A DNA stretch of 64,000 bases from Eledone cirrhosa (Eukaryota). Of this stretch, positions 26,543-38,646 are shown piece after piece (within the stretch, counting starts at the first letter, position 1; each line of letters begins with the position of its first letter). Under the pieces are notes generated by a model. The model worked only from the letters and a program-made list of their open reading frames with translations, was not told the origin of the DNA and searched no databases. The DNA lies in NCBI GenBank assembly GCA_964016885.1, contig OZ024746.1, forward strand, positions 50,096,001-50,160,000, read 5' to 3'. The position numbers and the translations under genes were made by a program.

Positions 26543-26636
26543 ATATTAAACAAATGGAAACTATATTTATAAAACCATATTTATTTCATTATACATATTT
26601 CGGGGATACCATATTAAAAATATGGCATGCCTTCGT
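26543..26636 (-). mobile_element. Short pLTR-end fragment related to the palindromic PLE family
   Basis: Similar to 37024-37116 (AAATGGAAACTATATTTATAAAACCATATTTATTTCATT...TTTCGGGGATA). Flanked by (TA)n and truncated inside the HHR core. Confidence 0.75.
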
Positions 26637-28211
26637 ATATATATATATATATATACGTATGTGTGTGTGTGTGTGTGTATGTGTGTGCGCATGTGTGTGT
26701 GTATGTATATGTATATATGTATACAGAGATAAAGAAGCTCATATATAATGTATAGATTTTTTTATTGAAAAATATTTTGGTTGTCACTCAAAAACTATGT
26801 AATCGATATGGTTCGATGACATGACAACTATTATAACTGAGGTTGATAATATCTCTAAACAGTTTCTGTTTCTGCAGCCTCTAGAACAACATTTCAGTGG
26901 CTTATATTTTCAATAAATGTTTACTCTTATGCCAAGCTTGATCGAGCAATTTACAAATAGCAACATATTTGGTGCAAGCATATTCATATTTAAGTATCAG
27001 TCTAGTACTGGAGTTGATTCTTCCTCTATATCTCTTTCTCATATCCTCACACTGACTTTCTGGCAGCAATCTGCTGTACTCAGGCCTGGAGAGAGGGATG
27101 AGTTCCTCCAGGCTTAAAATGCCCAAGAAACGCTCTATGTCAATGCGGCACCCCTACGACTATATCAGGAGTTACGGGACCATACATACGTACATACATA
27201 CATATTTATAATGTAAAGAAGTCCATATAGCAACAATGTTGCTTCTTGTTCAATAGTTCTTCGTGGCAACTTGAGCAAGTGTCTTCTATTATACCTTGTG
27301 AAAAGTGTTTGTTTGATAAAACTCTGAAGAATCTGGACGAACCCCTCCACATATATATGCAAGAGGTAGCGAAATGAACAGACCTGCTTTTTCTCCAAGA
27401 AATTCTTTTCGTTACTGTGAAATCTAACTACGACCATCCTATATTTTAAGATATTCTAGGAATACATTATTCAATGTGATATTTCGTTTAATAAGATGAT
27501 TGGTGCTGTATAATTTGAAGCAGATCTAACTCGTTTTTCTCGCAGGCCCAATGACTACGTAAAGTTTCCCTTATTGTATATTATATTTTACAGCTTAACG
27601 CATAATTCAACGCCTGAAATGAAATTTCCTTTTCACTCATCAATGATACTGTATTCCAGCTACCTATTCCAGGTTTCATACCTCCAATACAGTAACTATT
27701 TAATAACTCCAACAAAGGGGTGTGTTGAGGCCTCTTCGTATTCACTCGATGGATTAACATTAAAATGAAGTGAATTCTTCGAGTATATACCGAACTACCG
27801 AAAATGGCAACCTTGCTATGAATCTCCACTCATTAGTCAAATCAAATTCTTGGTCAGATACGGTACTCTATGATCGTATGTTAAGAACACATTATCATCA
27901 ATTGCTTTGTTAATCTCCTTCAATCACTCTTTGCCATTTTGCATTAACTTATCAAAGTAAACTGTAATGGATAAAATATTGATTTTTCATATTGCTACGA
28001 GGAAGGCCACATATTTATACTGAAATTATAAGATACAATCAATTATAAGATACAGTATATTACTGTTACTTTAGATTTTTATCGACTCGGTGGGGTTGAA
28101 CAGAAATAATTAAACTATCAGTGTATTGTTTATATATTGAACGTTTGGTGTTCGGCTTAATATTGCAAGCCAGCCCTTACATGCATGTGTATATATATAT
28201 ATATATATATT

Positions 28212-28447
28212 TATAGTTAAAAGAATAGAGGTGTAACACACAAGTTATTATATATTGGTAAACGGAATAGAAAATGCTGACAAATTGTTCACAGTTGAAA
28301 AATGGTTTAATTAGGAATAAAAGAGTATTAGTGATTGTATGGGTTAGTATTCAGTTGTGGTTTTAAGTTTTTAAGTTTTTACCGGTTGCGCATTTCTAAA
28401 TGCTTTTCAAAAATAATTTTGAGATAGAGTGTCCGTGCTGTTTGCTC
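28212..28447 (-). mobile_element. Solo 3'-end fragment of the Neptune-like PLE
   Basis: Reverse complement of 50962-51195; flanked by (TA)n. Confidence 0.8.
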
Positions 28448-28456
28448 ATATCTATA

Positions 28457-28495
<39 letters not shown>

Positions 28496-29611
28496 GTGTA
28501 TATATCTGTATGCGTATATATCTGTATGCGTATACACATTACTAGTTGAGTTCTATATTGGCGAGAATTCCACATTTTTAATTTCTCACACAGTGGTCTT
28601 CCTCTTTTTTTAGGAGTGACGTGTGACAACAGCATAGAACTGCTAGATTTGGGAAACTGGCAGTACATGCAACTGTGCACACCTTGACCTAAGTGTAGTG
28701 TATGTGATTTTCCTGCTGAAGAAATGCAATAGCCTGATTGCGCAATGTCTGCTGATATTACGCAATTCTCTGCATGCAGAAATTTACTGTAATTGATGCC
28801 AAAACCTAGAAGTAACATTTCTAATAGTTCAGATTCTTTATTGAGAAATTGTTGAATGATAATAAAAGCTTTCGTTTTTACACGTTTATCCCCCAACGAC
28901 CATTAACACGCGAGCAGGAATTATCTAGTCTTAAAAAATGTAAGTATTATTTCTTGAGTGCCAAGAGTGATTAATTGGCACTCATTTGGAAATCAGCAAA
29001 AAAAAAAAGAATGTAGTAAAAAAACAACAAATAAACTGCCACCCTCCTCCAAAATGCACAAAAAGAAATATAGGAGAATTTTGTGTTTGAATTTTGTGAA
29101 ATGCATTTAGAGTACTTAATGGTAATTGCATACATCTCTTTTGTTGAAGCATTTTACATGGATTAAGTAATGATATGGATGTGTTGTCGATGGTGTTCAA
29201 AGCATTATTGCAGTCAGAAATAGAAAAAAAGTTAACTGCTTCGTATACGAAAAAATATATTTAAAAAAAAACTGAAAAAGAAATAACATTTAGATAAAAA
29301 AATAAGAAAACGAAAGTGTTGTAAAAACAAAAACAAAAAAATAAATGTTGGATTGTGTTCGTGCAATTTGATCTCGCCAATAAAGATTTTTTAGGAACTA
29401 AAAAGGAGCTTATACAGTTTGGCAGCTGACATGCTATTTTTCCCAAGCTTCTTTCCGTTGACGATTAAACACAAAAGTGATAAAACATACATATAATCTT
29501 ACGTATATAGATATATGGATACATACATAATTGTTTAAACCCACATACATAACATAGAAGGGAAAGTTATCAATGGCTCTTTCATTATGTCATTGAATAT
29601 CTTCGCAATAT

Positions 29612-29805
29612 GTTGGCTGAATCGTTAGAGGGTCGGTGTTTAGTTGCGTTTCTTTACGTTCAAAGTTCACATCTGACGAGATCTTCTTTACGTTGCCAGG
29701 GTTGACAAAATACGTAACAACGCCGAGGAACTGGTGTCGATTTTATGGTGTTTCCCTTTCACCAAAAGGTGTGGCTTTGTGCCAACGTTTGAAACTCATT
29801 ATTAT
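29612..29805 (+). mobile_element. Highly diverged SINE copy
   Basis: GGCTGAATCGTTAGAG...TTTACGTTC..AGTTCA...GGCTTTGTGCCAACGTTTGAAACTCATTATT. Confidence 0.55.
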
Positions 29806-30166
29806 GATTTACAGTTTATTTTGAAACGAACTGATGCACTCGAGAGAACTCTTCGAAGAAAGTAATTTTTAACTGGATTCCTTTCTGCAATTGTTTTATT
29901 TGTTCCAGTTTTTCTAACAAAAGACAGATTGCGTGAGAGTTCACCCCATTTCCTAGGCTTGAAAAACATTTATCCTTAGTCATTTTTAACTGCCTATATA
30001 TTTCTAGCAAATATCCATTTGTACTGAAGTTCAAAATGGCATTAAATGGATCAGGAAAAGGTGCTTTTAGCGTTAATGATAGCAGTAGTTTCAATAACGT
30101 AAGGAAACACGCACCTGTTTTTCTCCAACTTTCAAAATTCTTTTTCCAACAAAAAATAAAACAAAA

Positions 30167-30430
30167 CAGCAAAAAAACTCTTATTACCAACAGCAAAAAA
30201 CTCTTATTACCAACAGCAAAAAACTCTTATTACCAACAGCAAAAAAACTCTTATTACCAACAGCAAAAAAACTCTTATTACCAACAAGGAAGCCTCTACA
30301 CAGTTGTTTAATCAGCAAAAAACTCTTATTACCAACAGCAAAAAACTCTTATTACCAACAGCAAAAAAACTCTTATTACCAACAGCAAAAAAACTCTTAT
30401 TACCAACAAGGAAGCCTCTACACAGTTGCT
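30167..30430. repeat. 23-25-bp minisatellite CAGCAAAAAA(A)CTCTTATTACCAA, nine copies in two blocks
   Basis: Directly visible; both blocks end in CAAGGAAGCCTCTACACAGTTG. Confidence 0.9.
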
Positions 30431-30764
30431 TAATCCTTTAGAAATAGCAGCTATAATAGAAGTACGCATTGGCTAATATATTCTTGAATACATAAAATAT
30501 GTCTAACAGAAAAAGAAAGTCGGAATTGTCACGCCTGAAATGCCTTTGATCATAGGTGTTCGCTTAGCTAGGACTGACCTGTGGTTAGGCAGAAACTAGT
30601 GTCGCTGTTTCTTTTCTGAGTTTACTGAGTTGTTTATCTGCAGTTGTTGCAGTTAGTTTTGTAAATATAGTATCAGATCAGCTGTTATCGATCAAACATA
30701 AGAAAGGACCATCCTATTTTGTTAGGGGTGTCTCAGGTACTTGCCAAAATAATTGTACGAGGCC

Positions 30765-30930
30765 ATTAATTCGATTAAATCGACTCCAGTGCATTACTAG
30801 TATTTTACTTTATCGACCCCGTAAGGATGAAAGGCAAAGCTAATCTCGAAAGGGTTTGAACTCAGAACGTAAAGGGTCATAACTCTCGGCTGCGAAGCAG
30901 AGCGTCCGACATTCTACCACTACTGCCACA
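30765..30930 (-). mobile_element. SINE copy
   Basis: TATCGACCCCGTAAGGATGAAAGGCAAAG...TTTGAACTCAGAACGTAAAGGG. Confidence 0.8.
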
Positions 30931-31584
30931 AAATAGTGATAGCAGTAATTGATCAAAGTATTTTAATCAAAGCATAAGTATTTGTAATTATATTCCTGTT
31001 AATGCTCACTACATTTAATATGTTAAGGTATATTGAACTATATTAGCTCACGCTTAAAAAAGAAAAATAGTAAAGTGTGATTTAATAGAGATTTGACAGA
31101 AATTTTGTATGAGTTGGGCGACAATATAGATGTGAAGGCGTTGGTTCGTGGCCGGGTGCAGAACTGAACTATGAACGCCACAATACGATTGCTTTCTTCT
31201 AGAATTATGGCGTTTCGAACTTGTGTAGAGGCGATCTAGGATTCATGAAAAAGCTTCGTGTATTGTATGATGTAAGCTAACATGATTCTTTATGAAATTA
31301 ATATTTTCTAGCTGATATACTATGATAAAGCTTCGACAGGCAACATATTGATTCTGAGGATGTTTAATTAAAATGTCGCCATTGACTAGTACAAAAATAG
31401 TAAGAAAGAACAAGGCAACATGTCAGCTATTGATATTTTCAATATTCTATGTTGTTTATTGAACCTAAATGACTGATGAGACTGCAGGTATTCTAAATTA
31501 AAAATAAATAAAAATATAGATTTTAAGGCATGAAGGTAGAGATGGTATGTGTAAAAAGAATAAATTTATAAAAGATATCAGAAT

Positions 31585-31628
<44 letters not shown>

Positions 31629-33067
31629 AATATAGTATTAGCAGAACACATACACAGTTACATAAGATGACAGTTGTATCTCTAGCTTGTCAACCACCTT
31701 GCTGGAAGTGCAGTTTCGCACATTAAGGTAGTACAGCACTTGCGAGGCCAGTTTTCACAACATATCGAATGGCCAGTCTGTTGGTGAGATGACGTCCCGT
31801 AGGGCCTACGTAGGGTTAACCGCCAATAGATTCAAGCAGCGTCTTTACATGCATACCCATTCTTTTCGTTACCCTCTAAGAAGGAATATGACGTCACTTT
31901 CAGCTTATATCTGGAGTCTAAAAGACAACCACACCCAATATAAGTTACACTGGGAGATCATAGCTAGGGCTAGATCGTATAACGGAAATAAAAGACCATG
32001 TGACCTCTGCGCCGCTGAGGCCCTGGAAATACTCAACGCCGCAGACCACATCTTAAACGAAAAATCTGAGGCAATTTCGGCTTGTAAACATAAATTGCAC
32101 AAAACTTTCCTGTATTACAGCCCCACGTTATACCCTAACGGATAGTACGATCTATACGTGGATATTTTACGTCTCGATCTGGGAGCTAAGTATATGTTTT
32201 GTTTATACCTTTACTTATTTGCATAGGTAAGTATATAATTTCCGTATGTTTTGTGAAGGTACGTATACCTTCTCGTACGTATATTTGATTGTTATGGCGT
32301 ATAATTTTTTTAGATATTCTGGTACATATGGTTCGGCTATGTGTATACGGGAGTTTTGCGTATGTGTGAGTATGCAGGTTCGTACGTATGTAGGGCGTGT
32401 GTATATGTGTACTTCATGTTTTGGTTGACTTACGTCTCCGAACATTCGTGTATTTACATGTAGGTATGTGTGTGCGCTTGTTATATACGTATTTATTTAT
32501 TTATATACGTTTATATAATTATTTATTTATTTGTATACGCGCTTACACACACACACACACATATTTATATGTGCGTGGTTTTGTTTACCTATGGTAAGTT
32601 TTTGCGTATGCTTGTGTATGTACGTTTTTGTTTGCGTGTATGTATTTATTTATTTCTATTACTTCTGTATTGTATTTATTTATTTTGTTCTTAACTCCGT
32701 AGCGGAGATTCATTCGGTCTCCTAGTTAGAATTTAGTCTACGACTTCTGCTATACCATTTACGTGGTTTTGTCTTTGCGTGCTATTGTTCTCCACGCTCC
32801 ACATATGACGTATTATCTTCGTTTTTTTTTCGTTCATTGCCAGAGAACGTCTCTATGCACCACCTAAGAGAACATTAGTCTACAACCTCTTTTATACCAT
32901 AAACATGGTTCTGTCTTTGCGCGTAATTGTTTTTCACCGCTCCTATTAATGATGTATTATATTCGTTTTTTCCCGTTCTTAGCCAGCGAACGTTTCCACG
33001 AACCAAAGTATCGTCTTCCTGTCTTCCTCCGGTTGCAACGTTTTTTGAAATATCCAGTTCTGCGTTT

Positions 33068-33143
33068 ACAGATTGACTTTGTTAGTTTCAGAAGATCCCG
33101 TTAAGGGTGAAAGCAGCGATTCTTTGCTTAAACTTTAATCTGT
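33068..33143 (+). ncRNA. Extended type-I hammerhead-like ribozyme (variant core)
   Basis: ACAGATTGA..AGTTT-CAGAAGA-TCCC-GTTAA-GGGT-GAA-AGCAG-CGATTCT-TTGCT-T-AAACT-TTAATCTGT. Stems I and III pair fully. Confidence 0.65.
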
Positions 33144-33267
33144 TATTTTAATAAATATTTGCTCTACGGTTCTTATATATTTGATATATATTTATCCTTT
33201 GGATTTTAGTCTTCAAATTTATTATTATTACTATTTGGCTCCCTCGGTTGAGGGACTTATATTCATC

Positions 33268-35457
33268 ATGCAGAAACAACATCTGAATATTTCTACAAAG
33301 AACATACCCGTACCAAGCAGGAAAACATACCTAAAACTCCTGATACAGAAAACAGACGCGTTCATTAAAAGGTTGCGTTGGGGTGCCTTTTACTTCGATA
33401 ATCCGCGAAAAGCAGACAACAAACAGGATAAATTTGGATTTAAAACCTATAATAAACTGCAGTGTAACCCAGCATTGCTACCCTTCGAAAATGATGTCTT
33501 GGAACTCATTCGGAGTATCAAATTTTGGAATAGGAGCAATTCCTTCCAGCAAGACCTGAAGAATAGAATTCGTTCTATTAAGGATTCTAATGCCGTGCAC
33601 GTCCATTCCGACAAAACTGGCAACCTATATCAAGTGGAGCGCAGTACTTACCATCAACTACTACATAATGATGTAACTAAGGATTATCGTAAAACTAATC
33701 GGTGCGTCATCAATGAAATCAACGATGCTGGGTTTAAAATCACATCTGATCTCAAAATCCTGGACCGGACCGAACCTCTGGACCCTATTTCTCGCCACTT
33801 TACCCTGAAGGATCACAAATCCAATTTTCCGAACAACCCCTCTATTCGGCTTATTAACCCTACGAAGTCTGATTTAGGTAGACATAGTAAGACGATTCTT
33901 GATAGAATTATACCTGAAATTAGAAGTTTGGCCCCTCTTGCACTGTGGAACAATTCCTTCGCGGTGATTGATTGGTTCAACGGCATATGTAACAAGAAAC
34001 ATTGCCGTTTTATCCAATTCGACATCAACAATTACTACTCCTCCATCACTTTACCACTTATCCTTAGAGCTATCAATTTCGCTAAAACACTCACAGTGGT
34101 TAAGAATTTCGAAGTTGACGTCATCCTCAATGCCCGAAAGTCGGTGATTAATTTCGACGACTCTATTTGGATTAAAAAATCCAATAGTACCCCATTCGAC
34201 GTAAGTATGGGCGCCAGTGATTCTGCGGAGGTTACTGATCTTATCGGCCTTTTCCTTCTTTTCTCTATCAAGGACGAATTCCCCAACGCGGGCGGTGGTC
34301 TGTACCGTGACGATGGTCTTTTGACCATGACTAAGTGCGGACCTCGTGCTTGCGACAGGTTCAGAAAAGAACTCACAGCCTTCTTTAAAGGCTTCAACCT
34401 CTCTATACAGGTTGAGGCCAATCTCTCGGTCGTTAATTACCTCGACGTTACCCTCAACTTATTGAATGGGTTGTATTACCCTTATAGAAAGCCGAATGAT
34501 ACGCTTAATTACATAAGTAAGCATTCCAACCATCCTGCCAGCATAACCAAGAACCTGGTAAGAAACGTTTCGTTGAGGCTTTCCCATCTTTCCACGAACG
34601 AGCGTATTTTCAACGACCATTCCACTTATTACAATGAAGCTCTTGCTCGAAGTGGATTTGTCGATAAGGTAGCATATACAGAGTACGAAAATAGACCTAG
34701 AAGAAATAGATCCCATCGCATTTGTTGGTATAACCCACCATATAAAATGGAGGTGGCCACACCATTAGCTCAGATCTTTCTTTCCCTTATTACGAAGCAT
34801 TTTCCCCCTACACATAAATATAGTAAAATGTTTAATGGAAATACTATTAAAATTTCCTACTCTACGACTCCTAACCTTGCACATAACATCACAGCTTCAA
34901 ATTTAGCTAAACTACCTAGCCGTAGGAACACGTGCAACCCTGTCGTTAGTACTAACTGTAATTGTAGGAATCGGGTTGATTGCCCCCTATCCGGGAAATG
35001 TCTCTCTAGTAACATTGTCTACAATTGTGAGGTTGTAACACCCACGTTCCGAAGGGCCTACATAGGGTTAACCGCCAATAGATTCAAGCAGCGTCTTTAC
35101 ATGCATACCCATTCTTTTCGTTACCCTCTAAGAAGGAATATGACGTCACTTTCAGCTTATATCTGGAGTCTAAAAGACAACCACACCCAATATAAGTTAC
35201 ACTGGGAGATCATAGCTAGGGCTAGATCGTATAACGGAAATAAAAGACCATGTGACCTCTGCGCCGCTGAGGCCCTGGAAATACTGAACGCCGCAGACCA
35301 CATCTTAAACGAAAAATCTGAGGCAATTTCGGCTTGTAAACATAAATTGCACAAAACTTTCCTAACGGATAGTACGATCTATACGTGGATATTTTACGTC
35401 TCGATGTGGGAGCTAAGTATATGTTTTGTTTATACCTTTACTTATTTGCATAGGTAA
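33268..35457 (+). CDS. PLE polyprotein: reverse transcriptase + C-terminal GIY-YIG endonuclease (Naiad-like)
   Basis: ATG at 33268. Motifs STKNIP...FIKRLRW, SDKT, LKDHK, IRLINP, FIQFDINNYY, MGASDSAE, GGLYRDDG, NYLDVT, CNCR..C..C, NIVYNC...YIGLT and CDLC. Uninterrupted, but the last codons are altered by a 25-bp deletion. Confidence 0.92.
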   Translation: MQKQHLNISTKNIPVPSRKTYLKLLIQKTDAFIKRLRWGAFYFDNPRKADNKQDKFGFKTYNKLQCNPALLPFENDVLELIRSIKFWNRSNSFQQDLKNRIRSIKDSNAVHVHSDKTGNLYQVERSTYHQLLHNDVTKDYRKTNRCVINEINDAGFKITSDLKILDRTEPLDPISRHFTLKDHKSNFPNNPSIRLINPTKSDLGRHSKTILDRIIPEIRSLAPLALWNNSFAVIDWFNGICNKKHCRFIQFDINNYYSSITLPLILRAINFAKTLTVVKNFEVDVILNARKSVINFDDSIWIKKSNSTPFDVSMGASDSAEVTDLIGLFLLFSIKDEFPNAGGGLYRDDGLLTMTKCGPRACDRFRKELTAFFKGFNLSIQVEANLSVVNYLDVTLNLLNGLYYPYRKPNDTLNYISKHSNHPASITKNLVRNVSLRLSHLSTNERIFNDHSTYYNEALARSGFVDKVAYTEYENRPRRNRSHRICWYNPPYKMEVATPLAQIFLSLITKHFPPTHKYSKMFNGNTIKISYSTTPNLAHNITASNLAKLPSRRNTCNPVVSTNCNCRNRVDCPLSGKCLSSNIVYNCEVVTPTFRRAYIGLTANRFKQRLYMHTHSFRYPLRRNMTSLSAYIWSLKDNHTQYKLHWEIIARARSYNGNKRPCDLCAAEALEILNAADHILNEKSEAISACKHKLHKTFLTDSTIYTWIFYVSMWELSICFVYTFTYLHR

Positions 35458-36071
35458 GTATATATTATCCGTATGCTTTGTGAAGGTACGTATACCTTCT
35501 CGTACGTATATTTGATTGTTATGGCGTATAATTTTTTTAGATATTCTGGTACATATGGTTCGGCTATGTGTATACGGGAGTTTTGTGTCTGTGTGAGTAT
35601 GCAGGTTCGTACGTATGTAGGGCGTGTGTATATGTGTACTTCATGTTTTGGTTGACTTACGTCTCCGAACATTCTGTATTGTATTTATTCATTTTGTTCT
35701 TAACTCCGTAGCGGAGATTCATTCGGTCTCCTAGTTAGAATTTAGTCTACGACTTCTGCTATACCATTTACGTGGTTTTGTCTTTGCGTGCTATTGTTCT
35801 CCACGCTTCACATATGACGTATTATCTTCGTTTTTTTCGTTCATTGCCAGAGAACGTCTCTATGCACCACCTAAGAGAACATTAGTCTACGACCTTTATA
35901 CCATAAACGTGGTTCTGTCTTTGCGCGTAATTGTTTTTCACCGCTCCTATTAATGACGTATTATATTCGTTTTTTCCCGTTCTTTGCCAGGGAACGTTTC
36001 CACGAACTAAAATATCGTCTTCCTGTCTTCCTCCGGTTGCAACGTTTTTTGAAATATCCAGTTCTGCGTTT

Positions 36072-36147
36072 ACAGATTGACTTTGTTAGTTTCAGAAGAT
36101 CCCGTTAAGGGTGAAAGCAGCGATTCTTTGCTTAAACTTTAATCTGT
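36072..36147 (+). ncRNA. Hammerhead-like ribozyme, second copy
   Basis: Identical to 33068-33143, 3004 nt downstream. Confidence 0.65.
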
Positions 36148-36154
36148 TATTTTA

Positions 36155-36236
<82 letters not shown>

Positions 36237-36621
36237 GTGTGTGTGTATCTCTTCTGTATTTATATATATATATACACGATATACAACCTCACGTAGGTAA
36301 TGCACTTCTGTTTCAGTGTTAACGTTCCCACTAGTATAAAATCAGTCTTGTGTTTACGTCATGCCCCAACATGGCTACAGTCAAATTTTCAAAATCAGTA
36401 TTAAAGTGAAAGTGATAAATTGATTTTTAAAGCAAATATTGTTACTTTTTTAGCTTTCACAAAAATATAGAAATAACTTCAGCATGAGGTTATATAAAAT
36501 AGATATACAATTTATTGGTTAATGTTGGGTAAAACATATATACATACATACGTACATAATATATAGATATATGTACGTACTGGCACTATATATGTATATA
36601 TATGTATATATGCTAGCGTAA

Positions 36622-36800
36622 ACCTCTTCAAATGAAGTTGATGTTTATTACGGTATGTTGAATATATTTATCTATAAAACTGTTTATATTGTATTTTGTC
36701 TGATGAAGGCATAGCATATTGTTAATATGATATCCCCGAAATATATATAATGAAATAAATATGGTTTTATAAATATAGTTTTCCATTTATTTAATATTGT
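36622..36800 (+). mobile_element. Solo pLTR end of the palindromic PLE family, with an HHR at 36694-36755
   Basis: Matches 44168-44346 and ends in (TA)n. Confidence 0.85.
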
Positions 36801-37065
36801 ATATATATATATATATATTTATGCATGTATGTATATATGTGTATGTGTGTGTATGTATATAAGCGAACAAATATAATTATTGATATAAACTGACATGCCC
36901 TGAAGTTATAATATATATATATATATATATATGTAAAGTTATATTTAAAATTGTTGGGTTACAACTAGTAAATATTTATAACTGATATAAAAGCACTCGA
37001 CAAATACTTGGAGTATATTTACAATATTAAATAAATGGAAAACTATATTTATAAAACCATATTTA

Positions 37066-37127
37066 TTTCATTATATATATTTCGGGGATATCATATTAAC
37101 AATATGCTATGCCTTCATCAGACAAAA
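37066..37127 (-). ncRNA. Type-I hammerhead ribozyme
   Basis: Reverse complement of 44240-44301. Confidence 0.75.
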
Positions 37128-37492
37128 TACAATATAAACAGTTTTATAGATAAATATATTCGACATACCGTAATAAACATCAACTTCATTTGAAGAGGTT
37201 CACTCTAGCAGTGAAAATACAGAGAGAAAGAAAGAGAGAGAGAAAAGAGGGAAATAAGAAAGAAAGAAAGACGAAACGAAGAAAAGGAAGAAAAAGAAGA
37301 AAAAGAAGAAATGCATGGGACAAAATAGAGAGATGGAAAAATAGATAAAGCGAAGAGCTTCATGTAAAGAGACCGAAAGAGATATATATATATATATAGA
37401 GAGAGGAAATAGAGATAGATACATATATAAATATAGATATAGAAAAATTAGGTAGTGGGAGGTCATTTTGAGTAAGTGTATCAATGATGCAT

Positions 37493-37527
<35 letters not shown>

Positions 37528-38646
37528 GCTCAAGTATTAATGTAAGGGAGATATAGAGAGATATAGAGAGATATAGAGAGAGAAAAATTTAAAAATAGCC
37601 AGACATATTCGAGGCGTAGAAAACCCTATGTTTTAATGTATTAGTATTTATAAAACTTACACTATATTGTAAATATCAGTATTCCTGAATGAAACAAGTA
37701 TTCACAATGCGTGAAAATTCATTATCTTATGTTTAGTTTTTTAAAAAATTCATATGTCTATGTGAATCCAACTGATTCACTCCGCAAATTCAAAGTTACC
37801 GGAAAACATTCTCAATGTGGTATAAACATTTGAGCGTATTATTATTCTTGCGATTACTCTACAAGATTATCTATCAAGCAGAAATAGAGAGCAGATTTCA
37901 ATATACTAATCGAAAATATATATTATATTATAAGCAGAGATAACAATAATAATGATAATAAGTAAAAATATATAAAAATATAAAAATATAGAATAGAAAA
38001 CTAAAAAAGAATATTACGAAAGAATATTACATAATAAAAATATTGCATATTAAAAATACTATGTTTTAAAATTATTACGTATTAAAACTTTACATATAAA
38101 AATATTAAAAATAAAAATAAAATAAAATAAAAAATAAAAAATAAAAATATAAAAATATTATAGAATACTACAATACTAAAAGAATAAAAATAAAAATAAA
38201 AATAAAAATAAAAATAAAAATAAAAATAAAAATAAAAATAAAAAATAAACCACAAAGAACAACCCTTCAAGGTTAATTGACAATATATTGCCAAGTTCAC
38301 TACAAGACAAAGCCAAAAATTATCTATCAAATCACATCTAGCAAGGAATATCGCAAAAAAAAAAAAAAAAAAAAAAAAAAAAGGTTATGATGTCCAATAA
38401 TGTCTACATATGTTCCTATATTTAATATATAAGTTTATCAAGTGTAAGGTTAATTCATAAAATTTGGAGCATCGGCTTTTAGGGTAGCTTAATTTTTCAT
38501 GAGGAATGTTTAGATAAAAATAAAAATAAAAAATAAAAATAAAAATAAATACAATAAAATAAACAGTAAAAAGAGGGAATCAAAGATTTAGGAATCAAAA
38601 GATTTATCGGCTAGTTCTCATATAAATATAAATCAAACTAAATATA

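Larger units (their letters stand above)
31793..36160 (+). mobile_element. Naiad-like PLE in partial-tandem form (pLTR-ORF-pLTR)
   Basis: 31793-33158 is a direct repeat of 35044-36160. Each copy carries an HHR + AATAAA. The 3' end runs into (TA)n. Confidence 0.92.

Noticed and set aside
26860-27440. Possible host exons or ORFs
   Set aside because: No recognisable domain or consistent exon chain.
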